A stretch of DNA of 64,000 nucleotides from an uncultured Thermoleophilia bacterium (GCA_963773325.1 CAVZAI010000002.1:1532274-1596273); one strand, 5' to 3'. Positions 28,362 through 40,131 are shown, counted from the stretch's first letter. Numbers and translations are program-made. Notes: generated by a model from the sequence alone, not told the origin.

Positions 28362-29422
28362 GGTGCACTCATGCGATCGCCGACGAATTGGCCCCGGTTC
28401 AGGACTCCGGCCGGGTCGAACGCCGCCTTGAGGCGGCGCATGATCGCGAGCCCGGCAGGCGGCGGTCCCCAGGGATCCCGGCGCAGCTCGTCGGGTGCGT
28501 CGAGGATCACGGCATGGCCGCCGCCGTCGATCGCCCGCGCCCGCACGTGGTCGAGCTGGGCGCGGTCCTCGATCGCCACCGTGCAGACGCCGACTCCCAG
28601 GTGGGCCTGGAACGCGACGCCCGTCGCGGCCAGCTCGCTGGCGAACCGGGGCAGCGTTGCCGGGGGCACGCCGACCTGCGCGACCGCCGGCGCGCCGAAC
28701 ACCGGCGCGGGCTCGGACGGGGACATGCCCGGTGGGGCGACGAGGTCCTCGGGGGGTCCGATCAGCTCGATGTCCAGGCGCCGGGGGCCGAGCAGGATCG
28801 CGGCGGGCTGGTGGACACGGCGGCGGACCTGCTCGCCGAGCACGGCCAGCTCCTCGACGCGGCCCTCGGCGGTGAACCACGCGCGCGAGGTCGGCAGCGG
28901 CCAGAGCTTGAGCGTCACCTCGACGATCACGCCGAGCGTACCCCGCGCGCCGACCACCAGGCGCGGGATGTCGTAGCCCGCGACGCCCTTGACCGTCTTG
29001 CCCCCGGCCTGCACCAGGCGGCCGTCGCCAGTCGCGATCACGACCTGCAGCAGGGAATCCCGAATCGCCCCGTAGCGCAGGCGCCGGTGGCTGCTGGCCG
29101 CGCGGGCGACCAGGCCGCCCACGGTGGCGCCAGGGACATCGGGCGCCTGGATCCAGGTCTGGCAGTGGGTCGCCAGGGCCTCCTGCAGCCGCCGCACCGG
29201 CACGCCCGCCTCGACGGTGACGATCAGATCGGCGGGCTCGTGGGCGATGATCCGGTCGAAGTGCGCGGTCGTCGCGATCTCGTCGGGCGGGGGTGCGACC
29301 AATCCCGCCCGCCCGCCGCTGCCGCCGCCCGCAATGCGCACCTGGCGGCCCGCGTCGCTCGCGCTTCGCAATGCCGCGCACAGTGCGGCCCGGTTGGCCG
29401 GCGTCTGGTGGGTTAGATCCAC
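28358..29422 (-). CDS. glcE: glycolate oxidase FAD-binding subunit
   Basis: PCMH-type FAD-binding domain without the catalytic C-terminal domain. Sits between glcD and glcF. GTG start at 29422, overlapping glcD by 10 nt. Confidence 0.75.
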   Translation of the reverse strand: MDLTHQTPANRAALCAALRSASDAGRQVRIAGGGSGGRAGLVAPPPDEIATTAHFDRIIAHEPADLIVTVEAGVPVRRLQEALATHCQTWIQAPDVPGATVGGLVARAASSHRRLRYGAIRDSLLQVVIATGDGRLVQAGGKTVKGVAGYDIPRLVVGARGTLGVIVEVTLKLWPLPTSRAWFTAEGRVEELAVLGEQVRRRVHQPAAILLGPRRLDIELIGPPEDLVAPPGMSPSEPAPVFGAPAVAQVGVPPATLPRFASELAATGVAFQAHLGVGVCTVAIEDRAQLDHVRARAIDGGGHAVILDAPDELRRDPWGPPPAGLAIMRRLKAAFDPAGVLNRGQFVGDRMSAP

Positions 29423-30858
29423 GTGCCCTCCGGCAACTGGCCGCCAGAGAAGCTGAGCTCGCCGCACTTGCTGCCGGCGGGCAGCACCTTGCGCGGGTTC
29501 ATGCGGCCCTCCGGATCGAACGCCTCGCGGCTGCGCGCCTGCGCGTCGAGGTCGGCGACGCCGAACTGCAGCGGCATGAAATCGCGCTTTTCCATCCCGA
29601 TCCCGTGCTCGCCCGACAGCGTCCCGCCCACGCGCATGCAGACTTCGATGATCTCGCGCCCGGCGCGCAGCACTCGGGTCACCTGGGCGTCGTCGCGGCG
29701 ATCGAACGAAATCAGCGGGTGCAGGTTGCCGTCGCCGGCGTGGAAGACGTTCATGATCACCAGGTCGTTGCGGGCGGCGATCTCCTCGATGGCGGCCAGG
29801 ACCTCGACCAGACGCGTGCGCGGCACCACGCAGTCGTGCAGGTAGTAGTTCGGCGCGATCCGTGCGCAGGCGCCGAACGCGTTCTTGCGGGCCTTCCAGA
29901 ACAGCGCCCGCTCGGACTCGTCGGCGGCGACGCGGATGTGGCTTGCGCCCGAATCACGGCAGATCTGCTCGACCACGGCGGTCTCCGCGGCGACGTGCGC
30001 AGCGGTGCCGTCGACTTCGACGAGCAGGACGGCCGCCGCGTCAACCGGTAGACCGGCGTGCACGAACGCCTCGACCGCCCGCGTCATCGTACGGTCCATC
30101 ATCTCCATGGCGGCCGGAATGACGCCCTTGGCGATGATGTCCCGCACCGCGCTGCCTGCCGCCGCCAGCGAGGTGAAGTCGACTAGCAGCGTTCGCACGA
30201 CGGGGGGGTTGCGCGTGAGGCGCACGCAGATCTTGGTGACGATCCCGAGCGTGCCCTCGCCGCCGACGATGAACCCGCGCAGGTCGTATCCGGGCGGATC
30301 CGGGGCCGGGCCGCCGATCTCCAGGACCTCGCCGTCGGGCATCACGATCTCGACGCCGAGAACGTGCTGGGCCGTGACCCCGGAGGCCAGACAGTGCGGG
30401 CCGCCGGCGTTCGTGCCGACGTTGCCGCCGATCGAGCATGCCGCCTGGCTCGAGGGGTCGGGGGCGTAATGCAGGTCCAGGTGGGTCACGGCCGCGGTCA
30501 GATCGAGGTTCAGGACCCCCGGCTCGACCCATGCGCACAAGGTGTCGTGGTCGACCGACAGGATCCGGTCCATCCGCGCCACCGAGATCACCACCGCCCC
30601 GTCGAGAGGGATCGCCGAGCCGGCCAGGCTGGTGCCGGATCCGCGCGGGACGATCGAGAGACCGAGCTGGGCGGCCAGGCGCACGCAGGCGGCGACCTCT
30701 GCGGTCGACTCACACAGAACGGCCAGGCCGCACTCGCCCTGGTTCATCGAGCCGTCCTTGGCATAGACGAGGCGCTCGAGCTGCTCGGCGAGCACGCGCT
30801 TCGGGCCCACGATCGCCCTGAACTGATCGATCGCGGATGGGGTGATCACCGTGCCCAT
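29413..30858 (-). CDS. glcD: FAD-linked oxidase, glycolate oxidase subunit GlcD
   Basis: Internal [11 protein letters not shown]. Motif [12 protein letters not shown] and a C-terminal [10 protein letters not shown]. Confidence 0.9.
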   Translation of the reverse strand: MGTVITPSAIDQFRAIVGPKRVLAEQLERLVYAKDGSMNQGECGLAVLCESTAEVAACVRLAAQLGLSIVPRGSGTSLAGSAIPLDGAVVISVARMDRILSVDHDTLCAWVEPGVLNLDLTAAVTHLDLHYAPDPSSQAACSIGGNVGTNAGGPHCLASGVTAQHVLGVEIVMPDGEVLEIGGPAPDPPGYDLRGFIVGGEGTLGIVTKICVRLTRNPPVVRTLLVDFTSLAAAGSAVRDIIAKGVIPAAMEMMDRTMTRAVEAFVHAGLPVDAAAVLLVEVDGTAAHVAAETAVVEQICRDSGASHIRVAADESERALFWKARKNAFGACARIAPNYYLHDCVVPRTRLVEVLAAIEEIAARNDLVIMNVFHAGDGNLHPLISFDRRDDAQVTRVLRAGREIIEVCMRVGGTLSGEHGIGMEKRDFMPLQFGVADLDAQARSREAFDPEGRMNPRKVLPAGSKCGELSFSGGQLPEGTWI

Positions 30859-30869
30859 GACGAGCGAGA

Positions 30870-32153
30870 TTAGCGCGCCTCCGCCAGGGCTGCCGCGGCA
30901 CATTCCTCGCCGGCGCGAATGGCGTCGATGACCGCCGAGCCGCGGGCGAGGCGCAGCCCGCCGACGGCGTCCAGCAGGCCCGGAGCGGTGTTCACCGCGT
31001 CCAGTTGCGCCAAGTCGGGCGCCGGGTAGGCCGCGGGCAGCCGAACGACCTCGAGCAGGCGGGCCTGGCCCGGGTGGTCGAGCCACCCGAGCGGGTCGAC
31101 CAGGGCGGCCGCGCAGCGCCTCCCCAGATCCACATCCAGGCTGCTCCACACCGGGTCATCCTCGGATGGGGCGCAGTAACACTCCATGCCGAGCACCGAA
31201 CGATCGTCCGGGCACATCGCGCGGCTCCAGTTCGGCATCTCGAAGATGCGCGCCGCCGGCACGCGCGGATCGTCGACCTGGATCCAGGCTTGTCCGGTCA
31301 CGTCCGGCCGGGCGATCTCCAGGTACACGATGCAGACCGCGCGCATCGCCACGACGGGAATCATCTCGGGCGTCGGCGGGGGCTCGAGACGCCTGACGAC
31401 GGCGCCGGGTGGCGCGCTGACGACCAGTTGCCCGGTCGGGATCCGGGTGTGCCGCCCGCCGCGGGCGAGCGCCACGGCGCGGACCCGGGCGGCCGGCGCC
31501 TCGACACGCGCAACCCTCGTGCCGGTCAGCACCGCGCCGCCGTGGCTGCGGATGGCCTCGGCCATCACCTCCATCAGCTGGCCGATGCCCAGGCGTGGGA
31601 ACCAGAACCCGTCCGGGGCGGCCTGTTCGCGCATCAGTCGCAGCGGGCGCACGCCGGGGATGCGTGTGATCGGAACGCCATCGATCTTCTCGAGGTATGG
31701 GCGCAGCTCGGCGTCCACGAACGGCGCGCCGAACAGCGCATCGAGGATCTCGCGACCCGACGCGCGCGGTCCGGGCTCGGGGAACGGGCCCGGGACGGCG
31801 CCGAGCACGCCGCCCCCGGGGCGTTGGTCGAGGTAGCGGCCGGGGCGGATCGCCCCGTGTCGCCACGAGCTCACCGGTCGGGGCACCCACAGCAGATCGT
31901 CGCCGAGCAGCTCCGCCAGCCAGCGCCGCCGCTTGGCGTCGTTGACGAACGGGATATGCCCCCCCAGGTCGTAGCGCAGCCGTCCGGCGCGGCGCGTCAC
32001 GCACAGGCCGCCCACCTGTGGGGCCTGGTCGACGACCACGACGCGTGCGCCGATCCGGACCGCATGCAACGCGGCGCCGAGCCCGGCCGGACCGGCGCCG
32101 AGCACCACGAGATCCGGATCGGTGGGCAGGGGCGGAACTGGTCGGGCGGGCAT
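30870..32153 (-). CDS. NAD(P)/FAD-dependent oxidoreductase (amine-oxidase / desaturase-like fold)
   Basis: Internal ATG MPARPVPP. Motif DLVVLGAGPAGLGAAL...VVVVDQAPQVGG. Confidence 0.75.
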   Translation of the reverse strand: MPARPVPPLPTDPDLVVLGAGPAGLGAALHAVRIGARVVVVDQAPQVGGLCVTRRAGRLRYDLGGHIPFVNDAKRRRWLAELLGDDLLWVPRPVSSWRHGAIRPGRYLDQRPGGGVLGAVPGPFPEPGPRASGREILDALFGAPFVDAELRPYLEKIDGVPITRIPGVRPLRLMREQAAPDGFWFPRLGIGQLMEVMAEAIRSHGGAVLTGTRVARVEAPAARVRAVALARGGRHTRIPTGQLVVSAPPGAVVRRLEPPPTPEMIPVVAMRAVCIVYLEIARPDVTGQAWIQVDDPRVPAARIFEMPNWSRAMCPDDRSVLGMECYCAPSEDDPVWSSLDVDLGRRCAAALVDPLGWLDHPGQARLLEVVRLPAAYPAPDLAQLDAVNTAPGLLDAVGGLRLARGSAVIDAIRAGEECAAAALAEAR

Positions 32154-32278
32154 CGCGGCATCTTCGCGCGCCCGCCCGGTCGATGCCAGCGGTGGCCGCC
32201 GGCAACGGCGCCGGGAAGGGACAACCGGCCGGCGCGGCGGGCGTCGCCGGACCCGGGGACTGGAGTATCCTCGCCAGC

Positions 32279-32484
32279 GTGAACGCCTTGTACGACTCCC
32301 CGCTGCGGCTGGCGGCGTTCTGCCTCGCCGCCGTGATGATGATCCCTGCCGGCTGGCTGAGCCTGCGACACATGCTGGAGCTGCGGCCCGCCGAGGACAG
32401 CCCGCGCGCCCGGGCGCTCGAGGCCGTGTGGTCGGTCGCGCCGTTGGCGGGCCTGATCGCGCTGTTGATCTGGGCGGGGGTGCA

Positions 32485-32488
<4 letters not shown>
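32279..32488 (+). CDS. small two-TM membrane protein upstream of ctaB
   Basis: GTG-start 69-aa segment of ORF 32018..32488 with two hydrophobic helices. Its stop overlaps the ctaB ATG (ATGA). Confidence 0.4.
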
Positions 32489-33384
<896 letters not shown>

Positions 33385-33421
33385 GGCGCGGGTGCGCGAG
33401 CGCCCGGAAGGCGCCCGGCGG

Positions 33422-34579
33422 ATGGATGCGCCGATGGCGTTGATCCTGCTGACCGTGGTCATCGACCTCATCGGCTTCGGGATCGTGCTGCCGATCCTGC
33501 CGTTGTGGGCGCACCACTTCGGCGCGAGCGCGACCGAGATCGGGATCCTGTCGGCGACCTACGCGCTGATGCAGGTCATCTTCGCTCCGTTGTGGGGGCG
33601 CCTGTCCGATCGAGTGGGTCGGCGCCCGGTCATCCTGGTGACCCTGCTCGGCAGCTGCGTCTCGGCGTTCATGATCGGCATCGCCCACACCCTGTTGCTG
33701 CTGTTCATCGCACGCATCATCAACGGGGTCTCAGGTGCCTCGTATGCGACCGCACAGGCCTACGTGGCGGACATCACCACCGAGGAGGGGCGTGCGCGGG
33801 GCATGGGCCTGATCGGCGCCGCGTTCGGCATCGGCTTTATCATCGGGCCGGCGATCGGCGCTCTGCTGTCGCTGATCAGCGACGCGGCACCGTTCTTTTT
33901 CGCCAGCGGGCTGGCGGGCGTGAACCTGGTGCTCGCCTGGCGCCTGCTGCCGGAGTCCCTGCGCCCCGGCTCGCCGACCGCGCCGATGGGCCGCTGGCAG
34001 ATGATGCGCCACGCCCTGACCAGCCGGCGCCTGGCTCCGCTGGTGTGGATTTCGTTCATCGCCACCTTCGCCTTCGTCGGGATGGAGGCGACCTTCGCGC
34101 TCTTGGGCGCATACCGCTTTGGGTACGGCGAGGCCGCGATGGGCATGCTGTTTGCGTTCGCCGGCGTCGCCGCGGCGGTTGGCCAAGGGGTGTTCGTCGG
34201 TCGCGCGGTCGCCCGGTACGGCGAGACACAGGTCATGCTCTGGGGGCTGATCGGCACCGCGATCGGCCTGGCGCTGCTGGCGGCGGCCTTCAACATCGCG
34301 GTCGTGCTGCTCGCGCTCGCGATCCTCGGGGTGTTCTCGGGGCTCGCGTTTGCGACCATCAGCGCCCTCATCTCGCACGCCGCGCCGGTCGACATGCAGG
34401 GCGGGGTCCTCGGCGTCGCCGCGTCGGCGAGCGGCATGGCCCGGGTCGTGGGACCGGTCGTCGCCGGTGCCCTGTTTCAGTACATCGCCCCGTCAGCCCC
34501 GCTGGTGTTCGGGGCCATCCTGGCCGCCTTCTGCGTGGTGGTGGCGACGCGCAGCATCCTGCGTCCTGCGGCGGCCTAG
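33422..34579 (+). CDS. MFS transporter (drug:H+ antiporter-like)
   Basis: 12 TM helices with MFS motif A, GRLSDRVGRRPV. Confidence 0.85.
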   Translation: MDAPMALILLTVVIDLIGFGIVLPILPLWAHHFGASATEIGILSATYALMQVIFAPLWGRLSDRVGRRPVILVTLLGSCVSAFMIGIAHTLLLLFIARIINGVSGASYATAQAYVADITTEEGRARGMGLIGAAFGIGFIIGPAIGALLSLISDAAPFFFASGLAGVNLVLAWRLLPESLRPGSPTAPMGRWQMMRHALTSRRLAPLVWISFIATFAFVGMEATFALLGAYRFGYGEAAMGMLFAFAGVAAAVGQGVFVGRAVARYGETQVMLWGLIGTAIGLALLAAAFNIAVVLLALAILGVFSGLAFATISALISHAAPVDMQGGVLGVAASASGMARVVGPVVAGALFQYIAPSAPLVFGAILAAFCVVVATRSILRPAAA

Positions 34580-34693
34580 GAACACCCCGCGTGCGGGCGA
34601 ATGCATTTTCGTCAGCGAGTCGCATTCAAGGCCCAGATGCGGGACAGTTGACATCAGGGCTGCCCTCCTCCGGGGTCCGGGAAAATTGATAGC

Positions 34694-35467
34694 TTGCCGA
34701 TCGCGATGAAGAACCGTCACGTCCTGCCGCTTGCGGCCGTCATGCTTGTCGTCGGGGTCATCACCTTCGCGGTGATCTTCCTGGTTGATTGGCTGCCGGC
34801 TGCGGCGTCCGTCGAGGCGAAACGCTCGGACCAGCTGATCTGGTTCGAGACGGTCGCGTCGGGCGTCATCTTCACGATCGTCACCAGCTTCGTGATCTAC
34901 TCGGTCTGGGCCTTCCGCGCCAAGCCCGGCGACGAATCCGATGGTCCGCCGACCCACGGCAACACGAAGCTCGAGATCATCTGGACCGCCATTCCGGTCG
35001 TCTTGGTGGCGATCATCGCCGGCTGGTCGGTGATCGTCGTCGACCGCAACGAGGCGACGCAGCCTGTCCAGGAAGTCGTCCACGTCAAGACCTGGCAGTA
35101 CGCCTGGGAGTTCGACTACCCGTCACTCGGGATCTCCTCGGGCGACCTGCACGTCATCAAGGGCACGCAAGCCAAGATGAACATCAACTCCTACGATGTG
35201 ATCCACGGCTTCTGGGTCCCGCAGTTCCGTCTCCAGATGGACGCCGTTCCGGGCATCACCACCCATCTGCTGTTCACGCCGGACACGCTGGGCACCTGGG
35301 ACGTGATCTGCAACGAGCTCTGCGGCGCCGGCCACGCGCAGATGCGCGCGCGGATCATCATCCAGACGCAGGCCCAGTACCAGGCGTGGGCCGCCCAGGC
35401 CCAGGCCCAGGCGCAGGCGGCGGCCGCGGCCGCGTCAAGCACCTCGACCCCGCCAGCGACGCACTAG
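34694..35467 (+). CDS. ctaC: cytochrome c oxidase subunit II
   Basis: Two N-terminal TM helices and the CuA site HGFWVP...CNELCGAGHAQM. The C-terminal tail is low-complexity, AQAQAQAQAAAAAASSTSTPP. An alternative start is ATG 34706. Confidence 0.9.
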   Translation: MPIAMKNRHVLPLAAVMLVVGVITFAVIFLVDWLPAAASVEAKRSDQLIWFETVASGVIFTIVTSFVIYSVWAFRAKPGDESDGPPTHGNTKLEIIWTAIPVVLVAIIAGWSVIVVDRNEATQPVQEVVHVKTWQYAWEFDYPSLGISSGDLHVIKGTQAKMNINSYDVIHGFWVPQFRLQMDAVPGITTHLLFTPDTLGTWDVICNELCGAGHAQMRARIIIQTQAQYQAWAAQAQAQAQAAAAAASSTSTPPATH

Positions 35468-35534
35468 CGATGGTGGCGCGCCCTTCTTCACGACGATCCC
35501 CGAGATCGACTCCGAGATCCTGAGGACCTAAGCG

Positions 35535-38309
35535 ATGGCAACCCACGCACCGACCCATCAGCACGCCGATCACAGCCACGGGGACGGGCCGCATACGCCC
35601 CCGAAGCCGCTGAGCTACTGGTGGAAGCGCGCGTTCGTCTGGACGCTCGTGTCGGTGATCTTCGCGTTTGGCATCACTTGGTTCGTGCGGTGGGTGGCGG
35701 GCTTCCCCACCCTGTGGAACGCCGGGGTCTACGCGACCGTCGCGTTCAGCCTTGGTGGTATCGGCTTCGTCATCGGCATCGGCTGTTTCGACTGGTGGTG
35801 GGACTACCTGCGCGGCCGCCGCGTCGGGTTCGAGGACCACTCGATGCACGGGGCGACGTCCTGGAAGGACTACCTACGCCCGAACACCGATCACAAGGTG
35901 ATCGGCATCCAGTACATCGTCCTCACCTTCATCGCGTTCGTGATCGCCGGCCTTTACGCCGAGGGCGTCCGCGCGGCGCTTGCGCAGCCGGGTGAGCAGT
36001 TCGTCAACGGGCAGACCTACAACGGCCTGTTCAGCATGCACGCCACGATCATGATCTTCGGGTTCGTGATCCCCGTCTTTTCGGGCTTGGCGAACTACGT
36101 CCTGCCGCTCATGATCGGCGCCAAGGACATGGCGTTCCCGCGCCTGAACGCGCTCTCGTTCTGGCTGTTGGTCGTCGCCATCGCGCTGCTGGCGTTCGCG
36201 CCGCTGTTCGGGGCCTTCTCGTCCGGCTGGACCGCGTATCCGACGCTGGCGCTGCAGGGCACCACCGGCACGACCATGTTCGAGATCGCTATCCAGTTCG
36301 CCGGGGCGTCGACCATCGCCACGGCGTTGAACTTCATGGTCACGATCGTGACCATGCGGGCGCCGGGCATGACCGTCTGGCGGATGCCGCTGCTGGTCTG
36401 GGCGAACGCGACCACCTCGGCGCTCGTGGTGTTCGGCACTCCCTTCATCGCCGGTTCGCAGCTCATGAGCCTGCTCGACCGCGTGATGGGCACCAACTTC
36501 TTCAACGCGGCCAACGGCGGCGATGTGATCATGTACCAGCACGTCTTCTGGTTCTATTCGCATCCGGCCGTCTACATCATGATGCTGCCGGGCTTCGGGA
36601 TCGTCTCGGAGGTGATCGCGACCTTCTCGCGAAAACCCATCTTCGGCTATCGCGCGATCGCGTTCTCGACCGTCGCGATCGCGATCCTGGGCTTCGGCGT
36701 CTGGGCGCACCACATGTTCGTGTCCGGCATGGCGGCGTGGATCCGGATACCGATGATGATGACCACGATCCTGATCGCCGTCCCGACCGGCATCAAGATC
36801 TTCTCGTGGCTCGGCACGATGTGGAACGGCAAGATCCACCTCAAGACGCCGATGCTCTTCGCCATGGGGTTCATCGTCACGTTCACGATCGGCGGCCTGT
36901 CGGGCATCTACCTCGGGTCGCTGCCGACCGACATCGCGGTGCACTCGACCTACTTCATCGTCGCGCACATCCACTACGTGTTCTTCGGCGGCAGCGTCAT
37001 GACGATCTTCGCCGGCACCTACTACTGGTTCCCGAAGATGACCGGGCGAATGTACAACGAGAAGCTCGGCCTGTGGCACTTCTGGCTGACGTTCATCGGC
37101 ATGAACCTCACGTTCTTCCCGATGCACTGGCTCGGCACCCAGGGCATGCCGCGCCGGGTGGCCGACTACGCGCCGCGGTTCGCGAACGTGAACCTGTTCA
37201 TCTCGATCGCGAGCCTGCTCATGGTGGCCGGGACGGTCGTGTTCTTCTACAACATGATCTACTCGTGGGCGAAGGGCCCGAAGGCCCCGTGGAATCCCTG
37301 GCGCGGACGCACGCTCGAGTGGATGGTGTCCTCGCCGCCGAGCCTGTTCAACTTCGACGTCACCCCGCAGGTCGTCGGTGGCCCGTACCAGTACGGCATC
37401 CCCGGTGCCCGCCACGCGGTGGTCTTCGCGGGCCCCGAACTCGGCGGTGGCGAGCTGACCGAGACCGACAAGCGGCTCGTGCTCATCGTGGCCGACCAGG
37501 CTGTCGCGGCGCCGGCCCTCATCGAGGACATCCGCCGGCGCAACGCCGAGGGCTACTGGCGCTTCACCTACGTCGTGCCGAGCACGGTCGAGGAGCACCG
37601 GGCCGCCGAGCGGCGTCTGCAGACCGCACTGGCCGTCCTCGCGGAGTCCGGCATCGACGCCAACGGCACCGTGGTCGACGCCCCGCCGATGCAGGCCATC
37701 GATGCGGTCATGCGCGAGGACACCGTCCACGAGATCATCCTCACCACATTCCCGGTCGGGTCCTCGGCATGGCTTGACCAGGACCTCGTGGACCGCGTCC
37801 GCAAGGCCACCGGCGTCGGCGTCACCCACCTGACGATCCTGCCGAGCGAGGCTCGCGCGACGGTCGCCTCGTCGACGGTCGAGAAGGTCGCCATCATCGC
37901 CAACTACGGCATCGACGACCCGGGCCTGGCCGAGCTGGTCCAGCGCCGCGCCGACGCGCAGCCGCTGACGGCGATCGTGCTCTGCCCGCTGTCGCTGGAG
38001 GGCGCTGCGAACTCGCCCGAGGCCGAGGCGGCGCGCGCGGTGGCCTCACACCGGGCCGCGACGCTGATCGCCCGACTGCAGGAGGCCGGCATCCCGACGC
38101 GCGGCGAGACGATCGACGGCTCGGTGACGACCGCCGTCAGGGTGGCGCGCACGGCGCACCACGCCGACACGGTACTGCTGGCGACCCGTCCGGGTGATCA
38201 GCTCGAGATCACCGACGACATCATCAGGGCGGCCGGGACGATGACCATCGAACAGGTGTCGACCGACGGGACGACCTCGACCGCGTCGGGCGCGTCGGAG
38301 GGCCGATGA
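35535..38309 (+). CDS. ctaD: cytochrome c oxidase subunit I fused to two C-terminal USP-like (Rossmann-like alpha/beta) modules
   Basis: Residues about 40-620 form a canonical subunit I (WFYSHPAVYIMMLPGFGIVSEVI, HHMFVSG, VAHIHYVF). Residues about 646-924 form a soluble extension with two similar modules (LVLIVADQAV... and KVAIIANYGI...). Confidence 0.9.
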   Translation: MATHAPTHQHADHSHGDGPHTPPKPLSYWWKRAFVWTLVSVIFAFGITWFVRWVAGFPTLWNAGVYATVAFSLGGIGFVIGIGCFDWWWDYLRGRRVGFEDHSMHGATSWKDYLRPNTDHKVIGIQYIVLTFIAFVIAGLYAEGVRAALAQPGEQFVNGQTYNGLFSMHATIMIFGFVIPVFSGLANYVLPLMIGAKDMAFPRLNALSFWLLVVAIALLAFAPLFGAFSSGWTAYPTLALQGTTGTTMFEIAIQFAGASTIATALNFMVTIVTMRAPGMTVWRMPLLVWANATTSALVVFGTPFIAGSQLMSLLDRVMGTNFFNAANGGDVIMYQHVFWFYSHPAVYIMMLPGFGIVSEVIATFSRKPIFGYRAIAFSTVAIAILGFGVWAHHMFVSGMAAWIRIPMMMTTILIAVPTGIKIFSWLGTMWNGKIHLKTPMLFAMGFIVTFTIGGLSGIYLGSLPTDIAVHSTYFIVAHIHYVFFGGSVMTIFAGTYYWFPKMTGRMYNEKLGLWHFWLTFIGMNLTFFPMHWLGTQGMPRRVADYAPRFANVNLFISIASLLMVAGTVVFFYNMIYSWAKGPKAPWNPWRGRTLEWMVSSPPSLFNFDVTPQVVGGPYQYGIPGARHAVVFAGPELGGGELTETDKRLVLIVADQAVAAPALIEDIRRRNAEGYWRFTYVVPSTVEEHRAAERRLQTALAVLAESGIDANGTVVDAPPMQAIDAVMREDTVHEIILTTFPVGSSAWLDQDLVDRVRKATGVGVTHLTILPSEARATVASSTVEKVAIIANYGIDDPGLAELVQRRADAQPLTAIVLCPLSLEGAANSPEAEAARAVASHRAATLIARLQEAGIPTRGETIDGSVTTAVRVARTAHHADTVLLATRPGDQLEITDDIIRAAGTMTIEQVSTDGTTSTASGASEGR

Positions 38310-38938
38310 CGACCGAGAACCTGACGCTCGGGACGGACCTCCACGGCGGCGCGCCCGAGGAGCAGCCCCGGCACATCAGCCAGGCGACGCTCGCCATGCT
38401 GCTGTTCCTGGGCTCCGAGGCGATGCTGTTCGCCTCGTTCTTCACCGCGTACTTCATGGTGCGGTTCAACGTCGCCGGGAACCACTGGCCGCCGATCGAC
38501 CCGGCGACCGGCAAGCAGTACGTGCTGCCGGTCGCGGTCACCGGCGTCAACACGCTGTTCCTGGTGAGCTCGAGCTTCACGCTCTGGTGGGGTGAGTACC
38601 GCCTGCAGCACACGGGCTCGCGCAAGGCGCTCGAGCGCGGCCTGACGGTGACGATCCTGCTGGGCCTCACGTTCCTGGTGGTCCAGATCAACGAGTACGC
38701 GCACCTCGGGTTCCGCCCGAAGTCCCAGGCGTTCGGCTCGACCTTCTACGCGCTGACCGGCCTGCACGCCCTGCACGTGATCGTCGGCCTGTCCCTGCTG
38801 ACCATCTGCTTCGTCCGTTCGCGCCGACGCCACGAGTTCACGGCGGAGCGGGCCACCATGCTCTGGGCGACGTCGCTGTACTGGCACTTCGTCGACATCG
38901 TCTGGGTGATCCTGTTCTTCCTGGTGTACCTCCTATGA
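38306..38938 (+). CDS. ctaE: cytochrome c oxidase subunit III
   Basis: ATGA overlap with ctaD. Typical subunit III helices (LFLGSEAMLFASFFTAYF, FYALTGLHALHVIVG, YWHFVDIVW). Confidence 0.9.
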   Translation: MTTENLTLGTDLHGGAPEEQPRHISQATLAMLLFLGSEAMLFASFFTAYFMVRFNVAGNHWPPIDPATGKQYVLPVAVTGVNTLFLVSSSFTLWWGEYRLQHTGSRKALERGLTVTILLGLTFLVVQINEYAHLGFRPKSQAFGSTFYALTGLHALHVIVGLSLLTICFVRSRRRHEFTAERATMLWATSLYWHFVDIVWVILFFLVYLL

Positions 38939-39381
38939 GCGAAGGACGGCAGATGGGGAGAGTCCGGCGCGGACTGCTTGGGGCAGCGCTCATCGGCGCC
39001 GGTGTGCTGGCAGTGACCGGGTGCGGTTCGTCGAGTTCGAACGCGAACGACCTGGCCGCAGGCAAGCAGAAGTTCACCGAGCTGTGCGGTGGCTGCCACA
39101 TGCTGGCCGCAGCCGGCACCGTCGGTACGACCGGTCCGAATCTCGATGACGCCTTCGGCGCCGCCCGGCAGGCGGGCTTCAAGTCCAACGGCATGAAGCA
39201 GCTGGTCGAGCAGTGGATCCAGGAGGCCCAACCGCCGATGCCCCAGAACCTCGTCCACGGCCAGGACGCGGCGAACATCGCCGCCTACATCGCGAGCGTC
39301 GCCGGCACGATGCCCGAGAGTCAGGCCCGCACGAGCCCGCCGCCGGACCCGCAGGCCCGCCCGGTCAAGTTCCGGACCTGA
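38935..39381 (+). CDS. class I c-type cytochrome, lipoprotein
   Basis: Lipobox LAVTGC, heme site CGGCH, and a distal Met region QPPMPQ. ATGA overlap with ctaE. Confidence 0.8.
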   Translation: MSEGRQMGRVRRGLLGAALIGAGVLAVTGCGSSSSNANDLAAGKQKFTELCGGCHMLAAAGTVGTTGPNLDDAFGAARQAGFKSNGMKQLVEQWIQEAQPPMPQNLVHGQDAANIAAYIASVAGTMPESQARTSPPPDPQARPVKFRT

Positions 39382-39423
39382 TCCGCGCGGGTTCGCCCGC
39401 GTGATCCCGCGCGCCTGCCCACG

Positions 39424-40131
39424 ATGAGCCCGCTGCGCCTCGACGGATTGCATGCGGTCGTGACGGGGGCCTCGCGCGGCATCGGCCGCGCCATCGCCGA
39501 GACCTATCTGCGTGAGGGGGCGGTCGTCGTCGCGACCGCGCGCGAGCTGGCGCATCTGGATGCGCTGACCCGGGCGGCGGAGGGGCTGCCCGGACGCCTC
39601 GCGCGGACGCTCGCGCTCGAGCTGGAGGATCCCTCCTCGGTGCGCGCCGCGGCCAGCGCGGCGCGCACCGAGCTCGGGCGGATCGACGTCCTCGTCAACA
39701 ACGCGGCGATCCTCGGTGACCGGATCCCACTGACGCGCACCCCGGGTGAGGACCTCATCCGGGCGTTGGCGATCAACGTGGCGGGGCCGGTCGGGTTGGT
39801 GGCCGGCCTGTCGGAGGCGCTCTCGGATCGGGCGGTCGTGATCAACGTGACCTCCGGCGCGGCGGGCCGCGCCGACTGGGGCGCCTACGGCCTCACCAAG
39901 GCGGCGCTGAACACCGCGACGCGGATGCTCGAGGACGAGCTCGCCGCGCGCGGGGTGCGCTGCGTGGCGATCAACCCCGGCGGCGTGCGCACGGACATGC
40001 GACGGGCGGCATACCCCGCCGAGGAGCCGGCCACGGTGCCGCATCCGCGGAGCGTCGTCGAGCCGTTTGTCGCCATCGCGGCCGGCGCCCGCGCAGGCGG
40101 CGTCGTGGAGGCGCGCGAATGGAACCGCTAG
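39424..40131 (+). CDS. SDR-family oxidoreductase
   Basis: TGASRGIGRAIA, NNAA, YGLTKAA. Confidence 0.85.
   Translation: MSPLRLDGLHAVVTGASRGIGRAIAETYLREGAVVVATARELAHLDALTRAAEGLPGRLARTLALELEDPSSVRAAASAARTELGRIDVLVNNAAILGDRIPLTRTPGEDLIRALAINVAGPVGLVAGLSEALSDRAVVINVTSGAAGRADWGAYGLTKAALNTATRMLEDELAARGVRCVAINPGGVRTDMRRAAYPAEEPATVPHPRSVVEPFVAIAAGARAGGVVEAREWNR

Noticed and set aside
34696-34702. TGCCGAT upstream of ctaC as another copy of the paralog upstream element.
   Set aside because: It lies inside or at the start of the ctaC ORF, at a different spacing. A 6-7-mer of this composition is expected many times by chance in this window.
39386-39401. A small hairpin CGCGGG-TTCG-CCCGCG after the cytochrome c gene, considered as a terminator.
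   Set aside because: The stem is only 6 bp, there is no U-tract, and the next gene starts 23 nt later on the same strand. This is too weak to call.
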